Part shown: positions 11,736 to 24,810 of the stretch, in pieces | Numbering within the stretch: the stretch's first letter is position 1 | How the letters are laid out: each line of letters starts with the position of its first letter | Source: Octopus vulgaris | Lineage: Eukaryota | Reading direction: 5' to 3' | Length of the DNA stretch: 64,000 nucleotides | NCBI GenBank assembly: GCA_951406725.2 | Contig: OX597834.1 | Span: forward strand, 32,178,001 to 32,242,000 | Notes under the pieces: model-generated | The model's database searches: none | Seen by the model: only the letters and a program-made list of their open reading frames with translations | Told to the model about the DNA's origin: nothing | Program-made: the position numbers and the translations under genes

Positions 11736-12514
11736 CAAATTTGTATATATATATTTTTTTTTATTATAGATGCAAAGCAACACCAGAGAGGAATCAACAG
11801 GTAAAGTTGGGCAGCAAATGTCTTAGCCACACCTGTGCCTATATATTTGACTGAAACTCCTTGAAGGCTCTCTGCCCCAGTATGGCCACAGTCCAAGGAC
11901 TGAAACCAATGAAAGAGAAAATGCACTGAGAATGTTATTGTTTGCAATGCTCGTGATTGCGACAATGGTAGTGACAATAGCAATGGTAAGGATTATGATG
12001 ACAATGATACTGATGTGGTGGTGGTGGTGGTGGTGGTGGTAATAGGGGATGAGACAGTTATGATGATAATGATGATGGTTGTTGCAGTAACGAGGATGAA
12101 AGTGGTTTGTGGCGGTAGTGAGAGTAAGAATCATTTCTACAATAAGTACAAGGCCCGAAATTTCAGGTGAGTGGGGCAAGTCGATTACATCGACCCCTCA
12201 CCCCCACCCAAAGGACAAGAGGCAAAAATCGGCTTCAGTAGCATTTGAACTCAGGTCCTAAAGACCAACAAAGTACCACTAAGCATTTCAGCCATCAGGT
12301 TAGCCATTCTGCCAGTTCGTAGAATCATTAGTACCCCAGACTGAATTAGGATGATGGTGATGATGATGATGAAGCTTGTGGAATTGATGGCGGTGGTGGT
12401 GGTGATGATGCTGTTGTTTGAGGAGTCAGTGATGGTGGTGGTAGTGGTGATTGATGGTTGTATTGAAACTTGTAGTAGTAACAATGACAGCCATTATGAT
12501 GATGATGATGGCGA

Positions 12515-12785
12515 CTATTATTATTATTATTATTATTACTATTATCATTATTATTACTATTACTATTATTATTACTATTATTATTATTACTATTATCATT
12601 ATTATTACTATTATTATTACTATTACTATTATTATTACTATTATTATTATTATTATTACTATTATTACTATTATTATTATTATTACTATTATCATTATTA
12701 TTACTATTATCATTATTATTACTATTATTATTACTATTATTATTATTACTATTATTATTATTATTATTACTATAGTTATTATCAT
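12515..12785. repeat. (TAT/TAC/CAT)n trinucleotide microsatellite
   Basis: About 270 bp of TAT repeats interrupted by TAC/CAT. Confidence 0.95.
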
Positions 12786-12952
12786 TTTAGTGGTGGCGAT
12801 GGTAGCATACCATTAAATTCAGTAAGGAAATGTCACTGTTTTCTTTTAGGTGGAGGGAGCAGCAGTTATCAATGGCCCCACCACCACATCCTGCCACCAA
12901 TCCATCCCACCTTCCCCTGCTGTTGTTGAATGATATATATTTTTATACATAA

Positions 12953-12983
<31 letters not shown>

Positions 12984-13192
12984 TATATAAAACAACAACA
13001 TCAATTTGACAGAAAACTGGTTGAACAAGAAGTCTTATAATAAACAGCAGATCAATGGATGGTTTGAAATATTCAATTTCGCAGACAATGCAATCAACAA
13101 TGGTAAAATGATTGCTTTAATAAGCAGCATACTTTGAACAATGATTAGCCAACTCTTTTGCATGCTACATGTGTGCATGTGTGTTTGTGTAC

Positions 13193-13231
<39 letters not shown>

Positions 13232-13761
13232 TCCATATCTCTATATATAAGTACACAAGTGTGTGTATGTGTGTGTGTATGCACATATATATTAATGAGA
13301 TGAAGTGACAGGCATCTACACATCCACAGTGGTTCATACACGCAAGCATGTAAATGCATAAGCACATGCACGCACATACACATGCGTGTGCACACAAACA
13401 CATATATGGAACAATAGGTGTACATTATGCAAACATACACAACAACACACACACATGCATGCATGCATATATATATATAGTGTGTGTGTGTGTGATATAT
13501 ATGTGTAAGAATACATACTTTGACAGATGTTGGAGCAGCAGAACAACAACGGTGTACAGGAGAAAAGTCCGATAACAAATGTACACACATCACATCAACA
13601 GGTACTTGAAGATTAGAAGGGGGGAGAGAGGAGGGGGTATGTTTAAAAGATAGAGAGAGAGAGAGGGAGAGAGAAAGAGGAGGATGTGTAAGAGAGAGGA
13701 GGAATGTTTAAGAGAGAGACAGAGAGGGGGATGTGTCAGAGAGAGAGGGGGGTGTCAGAAA

Positions 13762-13795
<34 letters not shown>

Positions 13796-13974
13796 GAGAT
13801 ATTTTTGAAAGGAACGGAAGGGAAAGAGGAGGGAAGGAGTGGGGGAGAGTTTGGTGAGGGATGGATATTTGTGTGTGCGTGTGTGTGTGTGTGTGAAAAA
13901 ACTGGAAATCTGGAAGTGGAGAATGATATGAGAAAGGAGTTGAAGGAAAAGACAGACATATACACATGTGCATG

Positions 13975-14310
<336 letters not shown>

Positions 14311-14952
14311 AATGTGTGTATAATAACTCTGGAGCTGAGCAAAGGAATAGCTTTCCAAAGAGATTTCTTTTGACCAGAGTAGATATTGGAATGCCAGGGC
14401 TTGGTTGGGTAGGGATATGTGAAAGGGGCAGAGGAATGGTGAGGGGTTGTAGGTGCATGTGATCGTGGGTAATTGCACACGTTTGTGTTTCCACATGTGT
14501 TGCATATGAAAGCAACGGTGTGCATGCATTCCTGCATGTGTGTGTTCCTTATGTGCAAATGTGTGTGGATAGAGAGAAGGACAAGGAGAGGAGAAAGAGA
14601 AATAGGGGAGAGAGGCATGGTGGGGAGAAGAGACAGAGAGAATCGGGGGGTGGGGCAGAGATGGAGAGATGCAAGGGAGAGAAAGGTGCAAGGGACAGGA
14701 GAATCACGGAGGGGAGGGGGGTGAGACAAGGAGGAAAAAAAAGAGAGAGGGTGACGAAGGGTTTGATGATACCTTCTTCCCTCCCTCCCACCTGTCTTAG
14801 AGGCCCTGTAAAGGATGTTGGACATTGCCTTCTTTTCAACTAAACGTTAAAAAGGTAGAAGCAACCATGTCATAGGGAGGATCAACTCTAGCAGACACAG
14901 AACACTGTGTGCTTACGAAGAATAGCTCGTTAGTGTTTCTTAATTATAAGAA

Positions 14953-15125
14953 CAGGTGTGGCTGAGTGGTTAAGAAGTTTGCTTCCCAACCACATGGTTC
15001 TGAGTTCAGTCCCATTGTGGAGCACCTTGGGCAGATAATGTCTTCTTCTATAGTCCTGGGCTGACCAAAACCTTGTGAATGCATTTAGAGATGGACTCTG
15101 AAAGAAATCCGTCGTGTGTCCGTGT
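14953..15125 (+). mobile_element. SINE family B, 5' half
   Basis: Head and CORE-like segment, ending in (TG)n. Confidence 0.8.
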
Positions 15126-15194
15126 GTGTCCCTGTCCATCCATGTGTGTGTGTGTGCCTGCGTGTCCCCACATTGTCATCAAATGTGAAGGTAT

Positions 15195-15450
15195 GTGGCT
15201 TTGGGGTTAGGGCATTCGGCTTACAGTCATAAGGCTGTGAGTTCAATACCTGGTCAGCATGTTGTGTCCTTGAGCAAGATTCTGAATTTCATGTTGCTCA
15301 GAGGGGCAAGCCTTGTCACATTCTGTGTCATGCTGAATCTCCCTGAGAACCACATTAAGTGTTCAGCCACTTGCACGTTAATTTCACGGGCAAGCTGTTC
15401 CATTGGGTGAATCAGCTGAAACACTTGTCATTGCAACCAATGGGGTGCCA
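15195..15450 (+). mobile_element. Old tRNA-SINE related to family D
   Basis: tRNA-like head plus tgtgtccttgagcaag, then ccttgtcacattctgtgtcatgctgaat shared with family D; related heads on the minus strand at about 1790-1895, 9395-9475, 31040-31240, 39180-39420, 57575-57655, 59450-59600. Confidence 0.7.
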
Positions 15451-15504
15451 GTTAGTTGTCATCAAGCAGTATCATTTATTACACACACACACACACACAC
15501 AGAA

Positions 15505-15895
15505 TTGTAGTGGAGTGGACATGTAGCCCGCAAGCCTGACTCCAGGCTCCCTGAACAGATTTTCTTTGGTGAACTAGCAGCTGGCTCTTGGTCACATGGT
15601 GAACACAAGAGGAGATACAAAGACACTCTGAAGGCAACCTTGAAAATGTCTAACTTATGGCAGTCTACTTTGGAACCTCTTGCCCAAGATCACTGACTGG
15701 GGTGCAGTGCTGTGTACTCTGGAGTAGAGTACTCAGAATCAGAAATAATCATAGAAAACTAAAAAGAGGACTGTAAGGAAAGCAAAATTCCCACCAGATT
15801 CTTACTCGGCTATTGCATGCTTACCTCTGTAACTTCTGGACCCACAAAGTATAAAGCTGATAACCTGGTCGTCTTCAAAGACATGAAGGGTAAAT
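15505..15895 (+). pseudogene. RTE (BovB-like) LINE 3' fragment
   Basis: From 15511 reads WSGHVARKPDSRLPEQIFFGELAAGSWSHGEHKRRYKDTLKATLK...LAQDH*, matching the RTE-BovB C-terminal motif W.GHV.RM.D.RLPK.IFYGEL..G.R..GG.KKRYKD.LK; ends ggtcgtcttc...gaagg. Confidence 0.85.
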
Positions 15896-15939
15896 ATCAA
15901 CACACAAGCACACGGCTTGGTAATGCTTGCCTATGAAGG

Positions 15940-16120
15940 GCACTGGTGCTGGCTCCACATAAAGAGCATCCAGGACACTCTATAATGTTGCTGGCATTGA
16001 GAAGGGCAGCCAATCGTAGAAACCAAGCCAAAACAGACAGTGGGACCAGGTACAGCTCTCCAGCCTTGCCAGCTCCCGTCAAACCATCGCATGGAAAATG
16101 GATGTTGAATGATGATGACC
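15940..16120 (+). mobile_element. SINE-like family C, decayed
   Basis: ttgctggcattgagaagggcagcc ... gcatggaaaatggatgttgaatgatgatg. Confidence 0.7.
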
Positions 16121-17604
16121 ACACACACACACACGATGGGCTTCTTTCAGTTTCCACCTACCAAATCTACTCACAAAGTTTGGGCTCAGCAGAAGAGACT
16201 TGTCCAACACCACATACACACCTACACTCATTGTGTGCGTACAGTAATTTATTAAATATTCATATTTTTCCATATTTCATTTTAGCCATTATCTTTGTTT
16301 ATACATTCTATTTTCCTTCAATTCTTTTTCGCTTTTTTATGTCAACCGTTCAATATCTAATAACAAATGCTATATTTTTCTTCATTTTAAACATTTATTT
16401 AGATTTCAATTGCCGAGGAAATGATAGATATTTCATTTTAAATCTTCTTTAAATATCTATTATGGTAACATGCAGAAGTGTTATCTAAATAAATGCCTTT
16501 GAATATCTTATTCCAAGCTTTTCGATAAATTAGCTTGTCAATGTCTGTTGCCTCTCACAAGATGCCAAGAACAAGAGAACTGGTTTGTACTTTAGCATAC
16601 TTGGATGCATCATAGCAGCTATGTGTGTTAAAGTTTTTTCCCCCTTGTGGTCGTAGATGTATTGTGCTGCACTGAGAGGGGAGAAAACTTGTATGACAAC
16701 ATGATGCACCTACCGCATGCAAAAGGTTGAGGTTAACCCAGAGGTAAAAAAGAAAAGAAAAATCTCAGCAAGACCAATTTCCATCATCATTTATTATATG
16801 TTTTCCATACTAGCAAGGTTGGATAGTTTGACACGGTTCGACAAGCTGCAATGCCGTCAGGCCCTCAACGCCTGCCTAAAGAAAAGCGATCTTGCAAACC
16901 CAGCCAAACCATTCCAGCAATGATGATGATGATGATGATTTCATATTTTGACACAAGGCCAGCAATTTTAAAGGAGGTGGGTTAGTCTATGTTGACTTCC
17001 GTGTTCAACTGGTGTTTTATTTTATCAACCCTGAAGGGATAAAAGGTAAAATCAGCCTCAGAGGAATCTGAACTCAGAATGTAAAACGGCTGGAAGAAAT
17101 CCCTCGAGGCATTTCATCCGACTTGCTAACGATTCTACCAGTTCGTTACCTAATGATTATAACGACAACAGTGACACCAATGGTGGAGATAAATAGATGT
17201 GATTGGCCGCCTAAAATTGTTTCAAGTACTAAAACTTACAGTACTATTTACTAATGCTCGTTTGTTGGTATCACATTAGCCACTAATTACAGGCAGTTTT
17301 CAACGGTTCCGGCAATGGCTCCTGTCTCTTCTTCTCCACCCTCCTGTCTGTACCACCACCTATCCCGCTTCCCCCCCCTCCAACTCCGACAGTCTCAACA
17401 TATAATTAATATTTATCGATAACATAAGAGGCTTCCAACTACATGTTGGTCGTCTTCCAACTGTAAGGAAAAAAAGAAATGTTCCATAATCATTGTTTAA
17501 TTATCAGACTTTGCTACTTGGTCTCTTCAAGACTACATATTTGCTTTCCAACCAAAGGGAGAGGGGGCAATGATTTGCTTACATTTGTATCTCTTCCTTG
17601 TGTT

Positions 17605-17998
17605 TGTCACTAGCAACTTTAGATTGCCTGTAAACTAGTCTTCCAAGTGTATCACTAACAAGGATAAATATTGCTTTGAAATCAATCCCTACACCTTCCG
17701 AATGTCACTAGTAACTCTAGATTGCCTGCAAAGTAAACTTGTCACCTACAAATTTTCACCAGCAATTCTAAATTGCCTGTCATTTTGTCTCCCAAACGTG
17801 TCACTAACAGAAATACAGATTGCCTCAAAATTAATCCCTTCACCATCAGAATGTCACTAGCAACTTACTTTTCACCTTTGTAGTGTCACTAGCAATTTTA
17901 GATTGCCTGCTATCTATTCTCCCAAATGTGTCCCTACAAAAATATAGAGATTATCTGAAAATTAGTCCCTTCACATTCAGAGTGTCACTAGCAACCTT
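17605..17998. repeat. Degenerate minisatellite with higher-order (3-subunit) structure
   Basis: Nine units starting tgtcacta(g/a)ca, arranged A-B-C three times. Confidence 0.75.
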
Positions 17999-18267
17999 CT
18001 AAATCCACTCAAAAGGCTTGATTCGCCTGCTGTGTTAGAAAAAGAAGCCCAAGGTGCCGTGCTATGAAACTGAACTCAAAGCACCATGGCTGAGAAGCCT
18101 ATTTCTTAACCACACAGCCACAGAGACAGAGAGTAAGAGGGAAGAGAAAATGTTCCCTAATCATTGTTTAATTATCAGAGTTTGCTACATATTTGCTTTT
18201 CGACTCAAGTGCGGGGGGGGGGGGAGACAATGATTTGCTGACAATTGTATCTCTTCCATGTGTTTGA

Positions 18268-18616
18268 GAGGCGGTTGGATGGAACCTACACTCGCCTCCT
18301 TATGAGAGCTCAAAATCTCTCGTGGAAGCGCCATCCAACCAAAATGCAAATATATGGGAAACTACCACTTGTGAAAGGTAGGAGAGTCTAGTTTGCTGGA
18401 CATTGTTGTAGAGCTGAAAAGGAGGTAATTTCTATTCTTCTCCTCTGGAAGCCATCTACTCGCAATACCAGAGGGCGCACACTCTCCTACCCTGATGTAA
18501 TCTCCAGGGATACAGGCATCCAGCAACAGGACCTCCGTAATGCCATGATGGACCGTGAAGTCTGGCGTAGCATGGTAAATTCCATTGTCTCGACCACGGT
18601 CGAACAATGATGATGA
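18268..18616 (+). pseudogene. 5'-truncated RTE-clade LINE insertion with TSD
   Basis: Single frame ERRLDGTYTRLLMRAQNLSWKRHPTKMQIYGKLPLVKGRRV*FAGHCCRAEKEVISILLLWKP...RGRTLSYPDVISRDTG...DLRNAMMDREVWRSMV...; (TGA)n tail; atgtgtttga on both sides. Confidence 0.9.
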
Positions 18617-19128
18617 TGTGTTTGATTGTGAGCCTGTCCCATCTCGTGCTATTTTTTTTTACACGGGATGGGATAGGCCCACACTCAAAGCTATTAGTTT
18701 TTACTAGTGAGAAACGGAAACGGTTAACAAAGATGCTTCGAATATAGACCTTCTTTGGAACATTGGCAGAGAAAAGAGAAAAAGGAAGAGAAAATACATA
18801 ACAAAGGGGGAACTATATAAATAAAAGGAAGAATTGAGATAAAACTGCCAACATGCATTGCTGTGTTGAGTGTAGTGGTGGAGATAGTGGAGGTGGTGGT
18901 GGTGGGGAGGGGACAAATGGTTAGGGTTAGTAGTGAGGGCAATGGTAATGCTCCTGGAAAAATGGCATGAACATCACAGCTTCACCAAGTACCAAATCCG
19001 AACTACCAGCTGGTAAGCTCTGAGAGTCCTTTCCAAACTAAAGAAATAATAAACGCAGCCATCTCAAATGGCAAAGGAGAGCCTCTATGTGGCTGTCCAA
19101 CAAGCCAGAAATAGCAGTCAAATCTTCT

Positions 19129-19358
19129 TTAGCCTTTTTGTTACTGTATTTATTTTGAGATGCTCTGTGTTTCTTTCAATTAATTTTAAATATAGCACAG
19201 AATTTAGTAAAATAACTAAGTTATCATTCAGCTAGTGTTAGAAACATAAATTGTGACTAAGGTTTGGTGGAAGATTTTTTTTCAAAACTTATGAAAACAA
19301 GACATTTGTACTACAGAGCCAGAGCCGGTTTCAGCCGGGTTGGTAATGAAAGGGTTAA
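19129..19358. mobile_element. piggyBac-like MITE (family 2)
   Basis: Ends ttag-cctttttgttac ... gtaatgaaaggg-ttaa: imperfect TIR with a TTAA-type target. Confidence 0.65.
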
Positions 19359-19874
19359 ATCACTCAATAAAAATAAAAAGGAGACATCAGATGATATCAT
19401 GGTGGATATATCAAGTCTGGAAGAATAGAAAAATGGGATGGTGGGATGGTCATGGTTGGAAGGTCTGATCAGAGGCCAGATATATCAGTATTGAGTCGGG
19501 ATTGAATGACAATGATAAAATAGCAAAGAAAGATAAAAAATAGTAAAGAAAAATAGGCATGTGAGCCACAACATCCAGGAAACTAGAAATAGTGGGGATA
19601 GGGTCCTCAACCCCCACACCTATGTCAGAATGAGTGAGTGTTAAAGTGCATTTAACTATTTCTCCTGCCCCCAATCAGAGAATGTGGTTGACAACTGAAA
19701 CAGTAGCTGTGGTGGAGGTGGAATCTGGGACACAAGATTGTCCCCTTTGAAAAATTGCGATGAAAACCATTTTAATTAAAGTGAATAAAGAAGAAAAACA
19801 AATTCCTTTAATATTAGAAATTTAATATGTTTATCACAAGTCAACTTTGGGAGTGTGTATAAAATCCATAAATT

Positions 19875-19909
19875 ATACATACACACATAAACACACATAC
19901 AAATAAAAT

Positions 19910-19990
<81 letters not shown>

Positions 19991-20245
19991 CACACACATA
20001 CACACACATATATATACACACACACACACACACACATATATATACACACACACACATATATATATATACATACACACACACATATATATATATACATACA
20101 CACATATATATATATACATACACACACACACATATATATATACATACACACACATATATATACATACACACACACACATATATATATACATACATACATA
20201 CACACGCACACACACATATATATATATATATACACACACACAGTA
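19875..20245. repeat. Compound (CA)n/(TA)n microsatellite
   Basis: About 60-bp pure CA run followed by alternating TA/CA blocks. Confidence 0.95.
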
Positions 20246-20584
20246 TATTTACATGTGTGTACATATTACATATAGAGAAGCACAACACACAATCATCCAT
20301 GCATGACATTGTGTGTGTGTGTGTGGTAGGGTGTACATTTAGGATGTTTACATCTCAACAAGTCATGTGTAACCTTCCTTATATCCAATAATGCACATGT
20401 GTGAGACAGAGAGGCTGGAGAAGGAGGAGGTGAAAGGATTCGGAGTTGAGAAGATGGCAGGGTGTAACAGAAAAAAAGTGTAGGCAGAAAGAAGAGGGAA
20501 GGAGCAGGGGGGAGGAAGAATATTTATTTGACATCATTTAATTTGTAAAATTTATTATTATTATTATTATTATTATTAATGCAG

Positions 20585-20825
20585 TTAGGGTGACAAGCCG
20601 GCAGAATCATTAGCACGCCAGGCGAAATGCTTAGCGATATTTTGTCTGCTGTTATGTTCTGAGTTCAAATTCCACCGATGTCGACTTTGCCTTTCATCTT
20701 TTTTGGGATCGATTAAATAAGTACCAGTTACGCACTGGGGTTGATGTAATCGACTTAATCCCTTTGTCTGTTCTTGTTTGTCCCCTCTATGTTTAGCTCC
20801 CCCGCCCCATGGGCAATAAAGGAAT
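20585..20825 (+). mobile_element. SINE family A
   Basis: Head, body and tail of family A after a (TTA)n tract. Confidence 0.88.
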
Positions 20826-20842
20826 GATTATTATTAATGCAG

Positions 20843-21336
20843 TGAGCTGGCGGAATTGTTAGCAAGCGGGACAAAATGCTTAGCGGTATTTGATCTGTTG
20901 TTGTATTGATGAGATGTGCATTTATGCCATCTGGTGCATACATCAAAAAAGGCGGCGAGCTGGCAGAAACGTTAGCACGCCGGACGAAATGCGTAGCCAT
21001 ATTTCGTCTGCCGTTACGTTCTGAGTTCAAATTCCGCCGAGGTCGACTTTGCCTTTCATCCTTTCGGGGTCGATAAATTAAGTACCAGTTACGCACTGGG
21101 GGTCGATGTAATTGACTTAATCTCCTTGTCTGTCCTCTCTGTGTTTAGCCCCTTGTGGGTAATAAAGAAATAGGTATTTCATCTGCTGCTATGTTCTGAG
21201 TACAAATTCTGCTGAGGTCGACTTTGTCTTTCATTCTTTCAGGGTTGATAAATTAAGTACCAGTGAAACACTGGGGGCGATATAATCAACTAGCCTCCTC
21301 CCCCAAAATTGCTGCCCTTGTGGCAAAATTTGAAAC

Positions 21337-21337
<1 letters not shown>
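20843..21337 (+). mobile_element. Older family A SINE interrupted by a younger family A copy (20951-21172)
   Basis: Host head 20843-20895 resumes at 21173 (ggtatttcatctgctgct, duplicating ggtatttgatctgttgtt); the inner copy is full length with CpGs. Confidence 0.85.
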
Positions 21338-21372
<35 letters not shown>

Positions 21373-22402
21373 GGCAGCGAGCTGGCAGAATTGTTAGTAC
21401 ATTGGACAAAGAGCTTAGTGGCATTTCGTATGTCTTTATATTCTGGGTTCAAATGCTGCCTGGGTCAGAAGGTCACAAGGTATTTTATTCTACACTCTAA
21501 ATGAAGTGCATGTGGGAGTGTTTGCGTGTGCACATGTTGTGTGCGTGTGCACATGTTGTGTGCATGTGGCCAACCACATGTGCCAACAAGAGGATTGACC
21601 AATGCCAGCCAAGGTGTCAATGTAGACAAACCCTTTGACAAATCCACATGTCAGATTAAGACTGTCAGAATTATAGCTGGGTGTGTGTGTATGAGAGAGA
21701 AAGAGAGAGAGTACTTATTTCACCTGGAGATAATTACAAGATTAAGGATGGTTAAAGTAGTTCAGACTGCCATACACAGATGGATGAATGGATGGATTGT
21801 AGATTTTTCTTTTGTTGTTGCTGTTGTTGTTTAGCCAAATGTCAAGCAGCTGATCTGAAATCTGAAAGATGTCCCAGCAGCCAAGAACAATCTCAGCCTT
21901 TATTCAGACACAATGTATTTAAAGACTACATTATTACAATGTGTCCAGACAGTAGAGTGTAAATCCAATGCTGTTGTGGGTGTTATTTCTAGCAGATTGA
22001 GCAATAACAACCTTATTTGCTTGTTTATCTCAAAGAGAGAGAGAGAGAAGGAAAGAAGGAAGAGATAACATAACGGAATTAGCAGAATAGAAGAAAATGA
22101 CAAAGAGAGGCCAAGTATATTTGCTAACAAAGAGATGTCTTTGTTAATTAGCTGTGTTGCTGTGGAAACCAAACCGGTGTTATAAGGAATAAGAAATGTA
22201 ATTACACATGAAACAGATCACAAAGTACACAAACTGATAGGGTGGGGGTGGGGTGGATTATAGTGGGGTGGTGGTGGGGGTGGAGAACAATAAACTGGAC
22301 ACTTTAGCGTTGAATTTTATTTTCAATCGTTATCTGTTATCCTTTGCTTGTTACAGTCATTGGATTGCGGCCATGCTGGGCATCATCTTGAAGGGTTTAA
22401 TT

Positions 22403-22632
22403 CAGTAGTTTTCAACCAGGGTCCATATGATTGTTGGGGAATGGGGTCTATATAAGATTTTATTGTTAAAATTTACATGCAATAAATAGGTTATACTTTA
22501 ACAATACACAATATTTTAACAAATTTTTTATATACAATCCCTAATAATATATAATTCTAAAAATATAAGAGGCTAAGAGGGTCCAACTGAATAAAATAGG
22601 AATCAGAAAGGGTCCATGGGTAAAAGCTGGTT
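22403..22632. mobile_element. hAT-Charlie-like MITE nested in a family B SINE (about 22340-22790, minus)
   Basis: Left end cagtagttttcaacc resembles the Charlie TIR cagtggttctcaacc; gggtcca motifs near both ends; AT-rich interior; right TIR is eroded. Confidence 0.55.
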
Positions 22633-23674
22633 CAGTTGAACAAATTGGCCCCACGAGATTGTTTTTTTTTTCTTTATATATCTGGTATTTATCCTATCAG
22701 TCCCTTATTGAAACAATTAAGTTACAGGGATGTAAACTAACTAACATCGGTGGTCAAGTCATGGTGGTGGTGGTGGAGGGGGATAAACACACAGTTATCA
22801 TCATTTAATGTTCACTTTCCCAGGCTTGCATGGATGACACAAAATTTGTTGAGGTAGGTTTTCTATAGCTGGATGCTCTTCCTGTGACCAACCCTAGCTA
22901 TTCGACTTTCTAACCAAAAGGGTTTCTCAATCCAATATTCATCATCATTATCATTTAACAACCATGATCCATGCTGACATGGGTTGGACAGTTTGACCAG
23001 AGGTGGCAAGCTGGGGAGCCACACCAGGTGCCAATCAAATCTGGCATGGATTCTACAGTCCCACTGCACAGCACCTTGGGCAAATATCTTTTACTATAGC
23101 CTCGGGCTGACCAAAGCCTTGTGAGTGAATTTGGTAGACGGAAACTGAAAGAAGCCTATTGTATATATATATATATATATATACAGCCTCAAAAAAACAA
23201 AACAAAACATGGTACAAGACTTTAAGGCTCAAAACTTTTCATACATCCCTCGTATATATGTATGTGCGTGTGTCTGTGTTTGACCACCCCCTCCACCATG
23301 GTAGTGGAAGTAGTACTGGCTATGGTTATGGTGGTGCCAGTAGCATTAGTTGAGGTGGTAGTAAGGAAGACAGTGGTACTGGCCATAGTAGTGATGCCAG
23401 TAGCAATATCGATGCTGATGGAAGCAGCAACATTGTTCAGGAAACAGTTTGATGTCCAAGTTGAAAGTGATCAGAGGAAATATCATATCGTATATATACA
23501 TAGTCAATATTTTATCGGAAACCAGTGATAGACTTTCATATATTATTGATAATATATTGATAGATTGATTGGTTTGCTTGTTGTTGTTGTTGTATTGATG
23601 AGATGTGCATTTATGCCATCTGGTGCATTCATCAAAACATTCCAGTGAAGGAAGAAAGTCAGTTGATTAGATAT

Positions 23675-23905
23675 CATCATCATCATCATCATTTAACGTC
23701 CATCATTCATGCTGGCATGGGTTAGATGGATTGACAGCAGCTGGCAAGCCAGAGGATGGCACTGAGTCCCACTGTTTATTTTGGAATGGTTTCCATGGAT
23801 GGATACCCTTCCTAACTCCAACCACTTTACAGGGTGGTTTCTATCTGGTATCAGCACCAGTGAAGTCTGTTCTGGCATGGTCTTTAAGGCCAGATGCCAT
23901 TCCTA
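23675..23905 (-). mobile_element. SINE-like family C
   Basis: (CAT)n, tttaacgtcc, catgctggcatgggtt, ggatacccttcctaac; further copies at about 22950-23058 and 24315-24510. Confidence 0.8.
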
Positions 23906-23909
23906 ATAC

Positions 23910-24136
23910 CTATTTCTTTATTACCCAAAAGGGACTAAACATAGAGGGAACAAACAAGGACAGACAAAGGGATTAAGTCGATTACATCGACCCCAGTGTG
24001 TAACTGGTACTTATTTAATCGACCCCGAAAGGATGAAAGGCAAAGTCGACCTCGGCGGAATTTGAACTCACAACGTAACGGCAGACGAAATACTGCTAAG
24101 CATTTCGCCCGGCGTGCTAACGATTCTGCCAGCTCA
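23910..24136 (-). mobile_element. SINE family A, young
   Basis: Near-consensus copy flanked by aatacc on both sides. Confidence 0.9.
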
Positions 24137-24677
24137 ATACCACTCACTTTACACAGTGGACTGGGTGTATGGTATAATATAGGAGTGGCTGTGTGCTAAG
24201 TAGATTGCTTCCCAACAATTTACTCACAGGGCAATAGAAGACATTTGCATAAGGTGTTATGGAGTGTGGTAGGACCTGAATCCACACAGCCATGCCAGCA
24301 TCTCCAACTCTCATTATCATCATCATCATTTAAGGTCCGTTTTCCCTGCTGGTATGGGTAGGAGAGTTTGACAGGAGTTAGACAAGCCAGAAGGCTGCAC
24401 CAGGCTCCCCTCTCTGCTTTGGTATAGTTTTTACGGCTAGATACCCTTCATAATGACAACCACTTTACAGAGCATACTGGGTGCATTTTATGTGGCACCA
24501 AGACCAGCGGGAGTCGCCAAGTAGCCTGTGAGATGAAAACCTCTCAGCCAGGAGAGGGAGTGGAACTAAGGGAGTTGGCTTTGTGCCAGCTGAGTGGTTA
24601 AAGTTTAGTAGAGGGATATAAATAGGTATCATACTATAAGGGAGACACTTGGCTACCCCAGTAAGGAAAGGAAGCCA

Positions 24678-24810
24678 ATCCATGTGATTGGCTTGAAAAA
24701 TTGTTAAGATATATTTCTTAACATGAAACCTATGGTAACCTTAATACACAAGTAAAGAAATTTTATCCACTAATGTGGTATTGAGTACTCATTCTCGGTC
24801 ATTTGCCTGA
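24678..24810. repeat. Unclassified dispersed repeat (second copy about 53778-53915)
   Basis: cca(t)(g/a)tgattggcttgaaaaattgttaaga...cttaacatgaaacc...ccttaat...taaagaaat...tcca.taatg...ttgag.actcatt shared by both loci. Confidence 0.75.

Noticed and set aside
12351-12929. 192-aa ORF with a poly-Tyr run
   Set aside because: Translation of a (TAT/TAC)n microsatellite that is open in several frames; no splice or compositional support.
17605-17998. CRISPR-like repeat-spacer appearance
   Set aside because: Eukaryotic context, degenerate anchors, intervening segments homologous to each other, and no cas genes.
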